Source: Chiloscyllium plagiosum (Eukaryota). From it: a stretch of 64,000 nucleotides of DNA. The notes beneath the pieces were generated by a model. It worked only from the letters and a program-made list of their open reading frames with translations, made no database searches and was not told the origin of the DNA. The stretch lies in NCBI RefSeq assembly GCF_004010195.1, contig NC_057718.1:64981548-65045547 (forward strand). Reading direction: 5' to 3'. Both the position numbers and the translations under genes were made by a program. Of this stretch, positions 51,899 through 64,000 are shown piece by piece. Position 1 is the first letter of the stretch. The number at the start of each line of letters is the position of its first letter.

Positions 51899-54800
51899 AA
51901 CAAAACCTTCCAGCTCGGCGAACAGAACCACAACAACGAGCACCCGAGCTACAAATCTTCGCACAAACTTTGAACACTTACGGTATGTTGCCTCCGTGGT
52001 GCCAGGGTTAGGGATGACTCAAAGCAGCTGCAGGGCATTTTGAAGGTGGAGGCGCAGCTGTCTGCAGTCATGGTTCATGTCAACACTAACAACATGGGTA
52101 AAAAAAAAATCTTCTGCAGCAGGAGTTTAGAGAGTTAGTGAGTAGATTAAAGATGAAGATAACAAAGGTTGTAATCGCTGGATTAATTCTGGTGCCATGC
52201 GCAACTGAGTCTCAGAATAGGAAAACAGGTCAGATGAAAGCATGGCTAAAGGAATGGTGAAACAGGGAGGCTTTTTGATTTTTGATCTTTGGGAGAGACT
52301 CTGGGGTAGGTGGGACATGGTACAAGCTGGACGGGTTGCACCTGAACCAGAATGGACCCAATATCCTTGATGGGAGGCTTGTTAAGCTGTTCAGGAACTT
52401 TTAAACTGATTTGGCAGCGGAATCAAGCACAGAGGAGATGTGAAGTCAGCAGCAATGGCCAATCATTTTTGGAAGGGATGACAGGAACTCCAGTAGGTGG
52501 AGAATGGGCAGCATGAGACACACGGGAGATCTGGAAAGTTAAATTTTATCTATTTTAATGAAAGGTAAATTTTACCAATTTTAATTCAAGGAGCCGGACT
52601 GGTAAGGCAGTTGAACTTAGAACATTGATACATGATATGACATTGTGCAATCACTGAGACATTGGTCCAAGGCAGGACAGGAGTAGCAGCTCAACATCCC
52701 TGGTACAGAGGTTTCAGGCAGGATGGGAGGGAAATCAGACAAGAATGGGCATTGCATTATTGATAAAGGAAACCATCACTGCAGTAATGATGGAGTATCT
52801 TCTAGAAGGGTCTTCAAATGAGATCATCCGAGTAGAGCTGAGAAATAAAAAAGGGGCGATTACTTTGCTGGGATTAAACAACAGGCCTCGCAACAGTCAG
52901 GGGGAGATAGAGGAGCAACATATCGGCAAATCGCAGAAAGGTGTGAAAGAAATGAGATTGTAGTTGTAGGGGACTTCAACTTTCCTAACATTAACTGGAA
53001 TCGTCTCAGTGTGAAAGGATCAGACAGGTTAGAATATTAAAAGTACATTCAGCAGAGACTTTTTGTGCCAGCATGTAGATAGCTCTATTAGAGATAGGGC
53101 AGTGCTTGACCCAACTGAGGGATTGAAACCGGTCAAGTTTGAGTGGGTGAACATTTTGGAGATAGTATCATAACTCTGGAAGTTTCAAAGTTGTTATGGA
53201 GAGGGATAAGGATAGTGCAGAAGTTAAATGTCTGAATTGAAGGAGAGCCAATTTCAATACCATTAGACAGGATCTGGCAAACATAGTCTGGGAGCAGCTA
53301 CTTGCAAGCAAGTATACATTTGGAAAAGTATTATTGTGGAATTCAGAGCTGGTGTGTTCCTCAAAGAATGAAGGGCAAGAGCAGCAAGTCCAGGGAACTC
53401 TAGATGTCCAGGGATATTGACAGTTTTGTAAAGAAAAATAAGGAAGCACATATTAGGAACATTAAAAACAAAGGAGAGCCTTCAAAAATATAGAGAGTGC
53501 AGGCGGTTGCTTAAAAAGGAAATTAGGAGAGCAAAGTGACGCTACAAAATATCTTTGGCAGATGAGATCAAGAAAAACCCCAAGGCTTTTTATAAATATA
53601 TTAAGAGTAAGAGGATTATCAGAGAAAGAGTGAAACCCATTAGAAACCAAAGGAGCAACTTGTGCATGGAGCCAATGGACATGGGTGAGATCCTAATTTA
53701 ATATTTCTTATCTATCTTCACAGAGGGGAAAGATACTGTAGCTGGGATAGCGGGGTTCCAGAACACGTTAAGATTAATAAGGAGGAGGTATTATATATTT
53801 TAGTAGGCATACAGGTGCGCAAATCCCCAGGGTCCGATGAGATGTATCCCAGGCTGCTATGGGAGGCAAGGGAGGAGATTGCTGGCAGAGAACTTTAGTA
53901 CTTTGCTGGCTGCAGGTGAAGTGCCAGATGAATGGACGATAGCTAATATAACTCCTTTATTCAAGAAAGGCAGCAGAGATAAGTCAAACAATTACAGACT
54001 GGTTAGTCTGATGTCAGTGGCAGGGAAATGATTACAAAAAGGTTCTGAAGGACAAGATTAACCAATACTTGGAAAGACAGGGATTGATCAAAATTAGTCA
54101 ACACGGATTTGTTAGAGGGCAATCCAATTTAATTGAATTGTTCTGAAAATGTATGTAAATAAATTACTGGCAGTAGTGCAGTTGATACAGCTTACATGGA
54201 CTTCAGTAAGGCCTTTTACAAGGTCCCACATGGAAGGTTGGTCCAGAGTTAATAGCCCAGGGGATCCAAGGCAAATTGGCAAACTGAATCCAAAATTGGC
54301 TTAAAAATGGAGGCAAAGAGTGATGTAGAGGGTTGTTTTCATAATTGGAAACCTGAGATCAGTGTACCACAGGGTTTAGTACTAGGACTTTTGCTGTTTG
54401 TTATTTACATTAATGACTTGAACATGAATGCAGAAAGTATAATTAGTAAGTTTGCAGATGATATGAAAATTGGTGGTGTTGATAGTGAGAAGCATGGCCT
54501 CAGGCTATAATCTGATATTGATCAGCTGGTTACTGGGCAGAGCAATGGCAATGGAAGTTAATCTCAGTAAGTGCAAAGTGATGCATTTTGGGAGGTCTAA
54601 TAAAGGAAAGACATACACAATCAATGGTTGTTCTTTGGAAGTACTAAGGCAAAAACAGAACTTAGTGTACAAATCGAAAGATCCCTGAAGGCGTTGGCAC
54701 CGTTGGACAGCTTGGTGAATAAGGCATATGGGATGCTTGCCTTCATTAGCCAGGGCATAGAATAATGGAACAAGAAAGACTTGTTAACAAATTTAGAAAA

Positions 54801-57800
54801 CATTGGTGAGACCACAGATACCATACTGTGTGTAGTTCTGGTCGCCACACTATTAGAAGGACATGATTTCACTGGAGAGGATGCAGAAGAGATCTACCAA
54901 GATGTTGCCTGGGGTGAAAGGTCTCAGTTATGAGGACAGTCTGGATGAGCTAGAGCAGAGGAGGCTGAGATGGATTTAGTGGAGGTATATAAAATTTTGA
55001 GGGGCATTGACAGAGTGGATCATGAGAATCTTCCCCATGGCTAAGACCATGGCATAAATTTAAGATGAGGAGGAAGTTGTTTCGAGGAGAATTAAGAAAT
55101 ATTTTTTCTCAATCAGAAGGTGGTATGGAACATGTTGCCTGAGAGGGTGGTTGAGACAGATACTGTTGCACATTTAAAAATAATCTGGATGTGTACTGAA
55201 AATGTCAGTTCATAGTAGGCAATGGACGAAGTGCAGGTAAATGAGATTAATCTAGTTTGGTGTTTGTTGGTCAGCATAGACATGGTGGGCTGAAGGGCCT
55301 GTTTCTTTGCTGTATGAGCCTCTGACTCTCTAAAGGTAATCAGCAACTAAACTGCAATTTGATGATCCCTTTAAATAGTAAATAGTTCTGGGAACAGGTT
55401 CGAAGGATTAAATTGTTTACTCATGTTCCTTTTTCCTTTGAGTTCTTCCTGCTGCTGAATGGATTTTCAGTTGTGTGTATTTAAGAGAGAGATTTAGCTG
55501 GAGCAGTAAGGTCATAAATGATAATGCCGATTGATGTCGTAAACTGCTGTGTATATTGCAGATGAGCCCATTCTAATGGCTTCACTAAAATTATGATCAG
55601 CATGGTCACATAAAAAATGTATCCAAAGGTGCATGAACACCATTTTGCTACTGAATAGCACTTATTACTCTGAAACTACTGGCACTATTTTTCCTGAACT
55701 TTACATTTTGATTTTTCTTTCTCATATTAATCTCCTCTCGCAATTTCTTTTGTTCCTTTAATATATTTCATTGCCTTACCTAAATCATATTTTCAAAATA
55801 ATTGCATGCATAGCCTGATTCCCTGAGAATATTTATCAGGAATTTTGATGCAATAGCATGCAATTTACCTACCATATAAATCAATCATTAGATAATTGTA
55901 TCCAGTAGCCACACAAATATCTGATATGAATTTCTGGTGGCAAAAGCCTCACGAGAAATGTAAAAATCCCTCTTTTATGTTATCTGATCTTTCCTGTTTC
56001 TCATTTAAGATGGTAACCAATCATTTGACTGACAGTATTAATTTGTTCTATATGACTGCTTCTACCATTGATTTTCCTTCTTTGCTTGTTACTCTCACCC
56101 TCATTAATTTCTCCGAAATAATTGCCACTTGCTTTCCCAATGGATTTTCCTTTCTCTTCTGTTGAACTTTCCTCAGTGAGTATCACTCTCCACTTTGCTA
56201 ATTTCTCCTCGATGAATGCTACTCTCATCTGTTTACGCCCTTGTTACACCCTCCCAGTGTTACTCTCTTTCCTGCCAAGTGTCTCTCTCTCTCTGACTGC
56301 TGCTACTATTAACTTGTTCTCTGTGAGTTCTTATCATTCTCCCACTTGTTTTCAAATGTACTAAACTCTACTAAATGTCTTCTTTCTTCTCAGTCTGATT
56401 CCCAAAATGTTAACATCCCTTTTCTCCTTGTTCATGCAAACCAGCTGTAGTCCATTTGCACAAGTGGACTCAGAAAATAGTTATAAGCTATACACCATTC
56501 CTTGTTTCCATATTAATCCTTAGTCATGATTAACCTTTACCTATTGCACTCATCTGGCACCCAATATGAATATAATACAGTATGTACAGCATCAGTGATA
56601 CCCTTCTTGCTGATATGTATTTAAAAAGAAGGTTGGTGGATAATGCCTTTTGAAAAAAAGAGTGAGAGGAGGGAGAAACGAAGCAAAAGTGTGTGCTGAT
56701 TGTGGTAGAACCATCATGTCAATCCAATCACACTCTATTTTTGTTTGAGTGCTGATCTGTACCTGCCATAAAGCTCGCCAAATAGATGAAAAATAACACA
56801 AATCAGCCCTGTGTACTTGCTCATTGAGGTTTGCTTTAGGGTGTAACAGTTGAAACTGAGATGATTCTGAAAAGAACATTTGTGGCGTCATTTCAAGTCA
56901 CAGTTCCATTTTTGTCTCGCGGCCCACTCCAGACTATGTTTCTTCCAAGATCAAGATATCATTTTCAGGGTGTATATTGTAAAGAATAGCACACTCATTT
57001 GTTGCAGTTCATTGAAGTTCATTCCATTTTTCAGCTCTATGCAAAGACTAAAAATGAGTCATCTTTGAGTGAAAATGTGAAATATACAATAACAAATTTA
57101 ACAACACTCCCAGACAGTTAATGCTGTAATCCTGTTCCACCCTATCACATTGAGAAACATACAAAGTAAATGAATGAAGTAAAGTTGTATTTTGTATAGG
57201 ATGTCAAACTACTCTAGCCCACAATAAACACACCCATTGTGCAGCAGTTGTCAAATTAATTCTTTCTTGTAGTAACTACGCACAGAGATGGTCCAACAAC
57301 AATAAGGTGCTTGCAGCGATCTAAATGAATTCATTTTCATCTCCATGCCAAGAAGTGCAAAAATTGACAACTTCCAAAACATACTGCCAACATGGAGCAG
57401 CACACAAGAATAAATAACTAATGTGGATATATGTTACATCATTAGGGAGCTGTGTCACCAAGCATTTGTAGCTACAATCCTCAGTGCCAACAAACCTTGT
57501 GTAAGGCAGCAGATGGGATGGAGGAGTGAACTCTTGGTGGTACCACAGGGCTGTTGTGACTTTTATTAGAAAGTTTATTCTGGACAATTAGGAAAAATGA
57601 GATCACACTGCCTAAACAGTTAAGAAAAACCACAGTAAACATGAACTAACATTAAACATTGGTCTACAATCTTATTAGCTGCTTGTATAAAGCAGTTCCA
57701 ATTTGCAAATTAATTATTTTCTATTAGAACATTGCCTCCCTTTGCTTTTACAACAAATTATTTATATATGGTTTCTCCAATTTAAGATTTAAAAAAGGCT

Positions 57801-58699
57801 TTTATTAATGCTAAAAATTTAAATACAGTGGATTAGACAATGGGAAGAATTTATTGCCAGGAAGGCGAGTGACTGCCCAGAGATTGGCACTTAATTTAGC
57901 AGATCTTCCCAAGAGGATGTGACACTGGGTTCTCCAGCCAGTAGGCAAGAGCCTTGTCACCTACAATGGGACCTTTGTCCAAATCCAGCTCCAACAAAAG
58001 GGCTAACAGCAACAGTTCATCACGCAAGGGACTTAGATAGTGTTAGCCCAACTTTTAGTACAGATGAGCCTCAACTAATTGGTGATTTGACTTGAAAGAC
58101 CACAAGATGGAAAGAAAAATGGAAAATGCCACACTTGTACAATAAAAGCAAGCTCCTCTTCTAAGGTTTGGGATGGTTGAGGAACTTTACTATATATTTA
58201 AATATTGTTCTGTATGTGATCTCAGAATCAACAAGACTGACTGTGGATGATTGAAATTTCTATTTCCCATACAAACAAATCCCATCTTCCTCAGCAGAAG
58301 TTCCACAAATGTAATTATATTGTACATTTAATGTAAACAAACATTTGAAGGTATTTCATGGATAGACAATTAAACAAAAACTGACATCTGACAAAATTGG
58401 TGAGGTGAAGGTGATGTTGGATGTTACATAGCCTGCCTGATCTAGAATCTGTCCAAAAGTACAACCTCTCCTCCTTTCTCATTAAAGAATGGGAACCATT
58501 TTTTAATAACATGTATAAAGATGCAAATGCACAATTGTCTCCATACATTCAGATAGTACTATGGCAAATATATAACATTACCTAAAATTATCTTTATACA
58601 TTTATCACAACCTGATAATATAGTTTCAACTTGCAACCTGCTATTTGTCATTGATTGTGGATGTGTATCATTTGTTGTAAATGTGTGGTTGTTGTTAGG

Positions 58700-60981
58700 C
58701 ATAATATATTTTGAGTATCCATGTAATAATTCTGCGTGATGGGTGGTTGATCATGTACAGTTCTGTTCCGTTGTTTATTCCGTCACAGGTCTCAACTGTT
58801 GCTCATTACCATGTCAAACAACCTAGGCATGAGATAATCAGTACTGTTTTGGTGGGTGAGACCAATCACACTTCACACAATATTTGGATGTTTCATTGAA
58901 TCAGTTGAGAGCTGAAATAGCTGTTCCAGAGATGAGCACTGGGTCAGTTTCCTGAGTACATCTCATTTGCACTTGCATCAGTGCCAATCTTGGCATAGGC
59001 TATATATTGCACATTTCTTTGGGGTATATCACTTGGTCAGAAATATAGATATCAGGTCTTCTGATGGTATCCATGAGGAATTTCAAATTTACTACATGCA
59101 CTGTCTGATAAAAGTATGGAAGCTGCAATGTTGTTAGATTTGTTGATATGCTTGCATGACAATGATGTATTTGGAAGCTTCTTTTGCATTGTTCTTTGGT
59201 TGTCTACATGCTTATGTGAAGCATGGTGTCGCACTTTGGGTTTCTCTGGGTGATTGGGCTTCCTACACATCTTAGCCTAATGTTTTCTTGTAGAACAGAT
59301 CTTTACACCATGAAATACCAGACTGTGTCTTGGTGGATGAGACCACTCACGCCTCATATAATATTTGGATGTTCCATTGAAACAATTGTTCCACAGGTAA
59401 ACACTTGCAGATGGAAGTGATCTGTCACAATTGCTTTGAACTTGTGTCTATTGTCTAGCAGTGCATCAGTGGCATATTACTTAGATTATCTTTTGGGAAG
59501 ACTTGCTGTGTGTTGAAGTAAAGGCCAGTTCCCTAGCCTTTCAGCTAATTTAGCTGTCTTGAAACTACATTCTTAACCTTTGCCCCAACATCTGCCTACA
59601 AATCGGTCAATTGTTTCAACAGACTGTTGGCTCTATGCCACGAAGTGAAGCCTGTATATCCTGAAGTTGACTTGAACTTTGAAATGATCTTTGAAAATCT
59701 GAAAAATCTAGTCAGGATAATCAATGTCATTTTCTTCACCCTTCAGTCCAAAGCAATAAGAGGTTTGACCACCCGTCAATCATCATCAGTTATCCGCTGA
59801 TCAATAAAAATTAATTCTTTCTTTGACCAACTTATAACAATATATCCAAGTATGCTAATCCATGATTAAATGTTTGTTTTCCATTTTCTTTTGTGGTTCA
59901 TGTTATTTAAAATATCATTGTAAGAATCACAAATTGTGCTTGTCCATACTTTTATTGACTTCTGTACCTTTTTATTTCATGTTGCTGCTATTAAGAATTG
60001 AAGGCCTTGAATATCAGGTTTTGGCCTGTAGATATCTTTAATACCAAAAATGCAATGTTAACATCCATAAGCATTTTAAAAAAAAATTGAAATAAGAAAA
60101 TGGTGGCAATCACCAAAGTCTGGACAGTCTTATGACTTGTTAATGAAGAAAGTGCCCATTTTAATGTTTTTTTTAATGCTGTGTTTTCTTCTAGGAACAC
60201 TTTGGAGCTATTCTTTCAGATCCATTTAAAAGTCTATTTGTTTTTAATCAGTTCAACAGCTTTTTGTGTTTTTTCTTCTTCTTAAAATGAGAGAGGATTA
60301 GATTGTTCATAGTTCTTCAATATACATTTGTAGCTTTTATTCTGTATTTGTTAACTTCAGTCCTACACTCAGACAGATTGATGGATGACTGAAAGGAAAA
60401 AGATGACTTTTTACAACTGCTATTCTGCTGCCATTTTTCAACCTTTAGTGTGCACCTACTGCCTCTAAATTGCTGTCATGATTATCATTAATGCCCACTG
60501 GCTGCCACCATGATCCTGTTTTGTGTTTTACGATGTACTAGTCCATGTAACATATGCCACATGTAGTCAGGTTCTTCTTGAGTCAAGTATCTGAAGTTTG
60601 TTTTTATCAGTAATGGTTTTCAAGCTTACACGATGGCAGAATCACACACCCAGTTGCAATCTGTGCTTGCCTGATGTTATTGTACGGAGAAAGTGAGGAC
60701 TGCAGATGCTGGAGATCAGAGCTGAAAATGTGTTGCTGGAAAAACGCAGCAGGTCAGGCAGCATCCAAGGAACAGGAGAATCGATGTTTCAGGAAGCCCT
60801 GAGGAAGGGCTTATGCCCGAAACGTCGATTCTCCTGCTCCTTGGATGCTGCCTGACCTGCTGCGCTTTTCCAGCAACACATTTTCAGCTCTGATGTTATT
60901 GTACATATACACATAATTGACTGTCTACACTGACTCAATTACACAGAAAGAATGACTGAAGGCATGCACTATTATACTACA
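58700..60981 (-). mobile_element. Gypsy (Mag-like) element 5' part: candidate LTR, tRNA-Leu primer-binding site, gag and protease remnants
   Basis: PBS-like TGGTGGCAGCCAGTGGG at 60510-60494. Gag-like FKDHFKVQVNFRIYRLHF..ETIDRFVGRC..ECSF..LAERL (~59540-59705), zinc-knuckle remnant ..KH*AKMCRK, protease-like KIGTDASAN (~58965-58993). The LTR (~60511-60981) is tentative. Confidence 0.7.
60686..60889. mobile_element. Penelope pLTR fold-back palindrome with a hammerhead core
   Basis: 15-bp TSD ctgatgttattgtac at 60671-60685 and 60890-60904. CTGAGGA-A-GGGC[TTAT]GCCC-GAAACGTC at 60799-60826. Confidence 0.9.
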
Positions 60982-61122
60982 ATGTCATATGTTGTAAGGT
61001 CATGTAACTCTTAAGGGCACAGAAGTATCGTATCTGGAATCTGTGCCATAATACAACAATGGCAGAGGACTAATGGTTTGCAAATGTTACATTCAACTTC
61101 ACAAAGGAGGGGATGCATAAAT

Positions 61123-61432
61123 TGGGTGGCATGGTGGCTTAGTGGCTAGTACTGCTGCCTCACAGCACCAGGGGCCCATGTTCAAATCCACCTTTGGATG
61201 ACTGTCTGTGTGAAGTTTACATGTTCTCGCTGGGTGCTCTGGTTTCCTCTTTCAGTCCAAATGATGTGCAGATTAGGTGGATTAGCCATGGTAAATTGCC
61301 CGCAGTGCCAAAGATGTGCAGACTAGATGCATTAACCATAAGGAAATTACATAGATAGAGGAGGGAGTAGGATGCTGTACAGAGGGTTGGTGTGGACTTG
61401 GGCTGAATGGTCTGCTTCTACACTGTAGGATT
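61123..61432 (+). mobile_element. HE1-type SINE
   Basis: gggtggcatggtggcttagtggctagtactgctgcctcacagc..gttcaaatcc, V-domain, and a ..ctacactgtaggatt tail. Confidence 0.85.
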
Positions 61433-62449
61433 GATATGATAAACCTTGTAACAACAGACCAGTTAGTTTCACTGAGCGAAACTACAAAAGACCATTGACC
61501 AAGGACAAAATGTATTCTCACTTGAAGAAACATTGTTTGATCAAAGATGAGCTAGTATGGATTTAATAAGGCACATTAAGTCTAATTAACCTGTATTTGA
61601 GTACTTTGATGAAGCAGTATAAATCATTTGTAAAGGTGCTGCAATGGAGGTTGCATTGGCCTACTTTCAAAAGATAGTTAATAAAATATCTTACAACAGA
61701 CCTCTTCAGATAATAAGAGCAAAGAGTATTCAATGTAATAACTTAAGTACAACACTAGCTGCGAGATAAGAGATTAATGCAATGTATGACTTTCTGACAG
61801 GAGAAAAGAATGCAGTGGAGTCTCCTGGAAATTGGTATTGGCACCATTCGTTTTTGTTATATATAAATTACCTGAAAATGAGCATAGGAAGTAGAAATTC
61901 AAAGTTTATGGCTCATGAGATTACAATTGTTCTCTTTCGAGAAGAGAAAGTTCTGAGGAGAGCAAAGAGAAAAACTAGGGGCTGTTGGTGCAGCCGGTTT
62001 GGGGAACAATTTTCCTTGTCAAATACCTTAGTATCCAGAACTCATTAAGTTAAAATCATTTACTGAAGAATTAGAACGAAATGGGGAGCAGTTCCTTCAC
62101 ACAAGGGATTGTTACGATCTGAAGTGGTGATGGAATCAAATTAGATTCCACAGGAACTGCTAAAGTTACACTATTAATAAAATGCTATTTCCTGTTTAAG
62201 TTATAACTTTTGTATTTGACATCTGTTACTCTTAAGGTCTGGTTAGGAACAGTTGGCAAAATTTAAGGGTCACTGAATATTTCAGTTTCATTGTGTTGGG
62301 AATCCAGTGATAGCCAGGCTGATTTAATTTGGCTTGCTGTCCCAACCTCATAACATTTTGTGTTGTAAAATAAGTTATATCAGTAATTTAATCAAATATC
62401 TCACCTACTCTTAAAAATTCACATGATTTAAACTTCACTCACTAACTCA

Positions 62450-64000
62450 ATCAGTCCACAGGCCCATAGTTTGTTGCGAAAAAAAGTCTTGCTACATAAT
62501 TTCCAACCATTTTCTTATTTAACTCTAACCCAAGTTCACCTAATGACCTTCATTGCACTAGAATTTAATCATGGTCAGCAATAGCTTCTTCCATTGTGTC
62601 TCTGCATAAACTAGCATATCATATTCCATAACTTTAACTTTAGGAAGATCAGTAACCATCTCAGGTTGTCTGTGTTGGTGTTTTTCTGGATCAGTGGATA
62701 TGTCAAACTGCACGCTAAACCATCTGTATCTCCTGAAATGCATCCAAAATGTGGTTAGAAAACTGTTCTTTCATCCAACTTCACCTGCCAGTAAAACCAT
62801 CTTTTACATCTGGCATAGTGAAGATTTTTGCAAGTTGTGACAAAATTCCTTTGATGATTGCTATGGGGTAATGAGATTTCATCAAAGCATATTCTCAGCT
62901 TTCCAGAATATTTCACTGTTACCTTGCTGCAGGTCCATTCTGTAGGAGTTATAACTTTTTTGATTGCTCCTTTCTTTTCCAGCTCTCATATCTTGTCTTT
63001 CAGCTGGAGCTTTCCTCGGCAAATGCTGAGGTTTTATATTCTCATCTACTTTGAGATGTTATGCTCCTGGAAGATGTCCTAATCTGGTTAACCTATCATT
63101 TTACCCCTCTAGGATCTGTTCCATGGTCAATGATGTAGTGCACTGTAACTTGTTACAACTCTCTTGTCACATTCATGGCTAACAACCCAAGCTTTAGACT
63201 TGTCCTGGCTGAGATGAGTGACATTTGCTTTCCATCTGTAATTTGGAAATCCAGATCCTTGTTCATGTCATTGCATTGGATTCACAGGACAATCTGTCCT
63301 CTCGGCGCATGTGTGGTGATATCATTGTTGTATGGTGTGGAGTAATTCATTAGAAACTTCAGCCAATATCACTCCAGTGACCACATGAACCTGCTTACTG
63401 TATTTCCTTCTAGGCATACCCCTGTATGCACGTAATTCATCAGAAAACTCTGCTTTCTCCACACTAGATATGCCTTCCTCATCTTTCTACAATGACCTCT
63501 GCAGTATTTGCATTATTGTTCTGCCTTTTGTGTCTGAACAAGCTGTCAGCACAATGCAAGACCTGGTCAATTCTATCATGTTCTGTGCTGTATTGTTCTA
63601 TGTTCTATGAATATGCGAAGCTGTTTAGGCCCAGCTCAATAAATCTATTGCTATTTCATAATTCTACCACTGTGCTGAAAGAAATATCAGTTTTGCTTCG
63701 TATCTCCTGTCCTTTGCAGTTGGTAGGGGTAAAGCAGCAGCTATTTTGTTTGAACGAATGTTTTGACTGTGGCTTGCTTCATTGATCTTTGATTTTATTT
63801 GTGCTACAGACAGCTCACAGCTCTGCATGTATCTGTGTCTCCCTATCAGTAGCTCTGCTTTCTTACAGCTCAGCAACACTCACTTCAGTGCCTATTCTGA
63901 CGTCATGTTTCACTGTGTTCAACACAAGGACTTTATTGAAGTAAAGATATCTGCCAACAGTCCATGTGCCCCATGATAGAGGTCACATGGCTACAACAAA
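62450..64000 (-). mobile_element. Gypsy (Mag-like) gag-pol remnant, running off the right edge
   Basis: Minus strand ELEKKGAIKKVITPTEW..GKLRICFD, IFTMPDVKDGF/WQVKLDE/FLTTFWMHFRRYRWFSVQFDISTDPE..YDMLVY..DTMEEAIADHD, matching RT domains up to the YxDD region. A short CR1 tail is inserted at ~63570-63610. Confidence 0.85.

Larger units (their letters stand above)
51243..51981 (+). mobile_element. Young Penelope-like insertion with 297-bp inverted arms (third family)
   Basis: Arms at 51243-51539 and 51641-51937. 12-bp TSD ggtatgttgcct at 51231-51242 and 51982-51993. The plus strand encodes a GIY-YIG C-terminus HEFDWDNTTIIGQARQRTAREFLEAWHSSTNSIN. Confidence 0.92.
50205..55330 (+). mobile_element. 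Near full-length decayed CR1-type LINE (tandem-repeat 5' region, ORF1 Zn-finger/zipper plus esterase, ORF2 EN plus RT, 3' UTR)
   Basis: VECSSYNMWEV..HVCKKCVQLQLL, VHVNTNN, VGDFNFPNINW, KSPGSDEMYPRLL, PQGLVLGLLLFVIYINDL, KFADDMK. Tail ..ctgtatgagcctctgactct. Numerous stops. Confidence 0.92.

Overview
Eukaryotic, AT-rich, repeat-dense vertebrate DNA. An elasmobranch (shark) origin is inferred from HE1/V-SINE-type SINEs and abundant CR1-type LINEs. The only host gene I can support is RPS6KA2 (RSK3) on the minus strand: coding exon 1 (34835-34933) sits in a GC-rich promoter region, coding exon 2 is at 2443-2559, and the intron between them is 32,275 bp. The gene continues beyond the left edge. 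Most of the rest is decayed mobile DNA: CR1 and other LINEs, HE1-type SINEs, three Gypsy remnants, Harbinger transposase and Myb-like remnants, a truncated tRNA-Trp copy, and about a dozen Penelope-like (PLE) insertions, many of them fold-back palindromes with 8-16 bp target-site duplications (TSDs). The most notable signal is a minimal type-I hammerhead ribozyme in at least three PLE families of different sequence. Its helix III is reduced to a 4-nt palindrome (ACGU or AGCU), which points to dimeric self-cleavage. In one young composite insertion just upstream of RPS6KA2 exon 2, both sense-strand ribozymes carry single damaging mutations (one is the classical G5A) while the antisense copy is intact. 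Family names come from recognised motifs and recalled consensus sequences, not database searches. Repeat boundaries are approximate unless a TSD is given.
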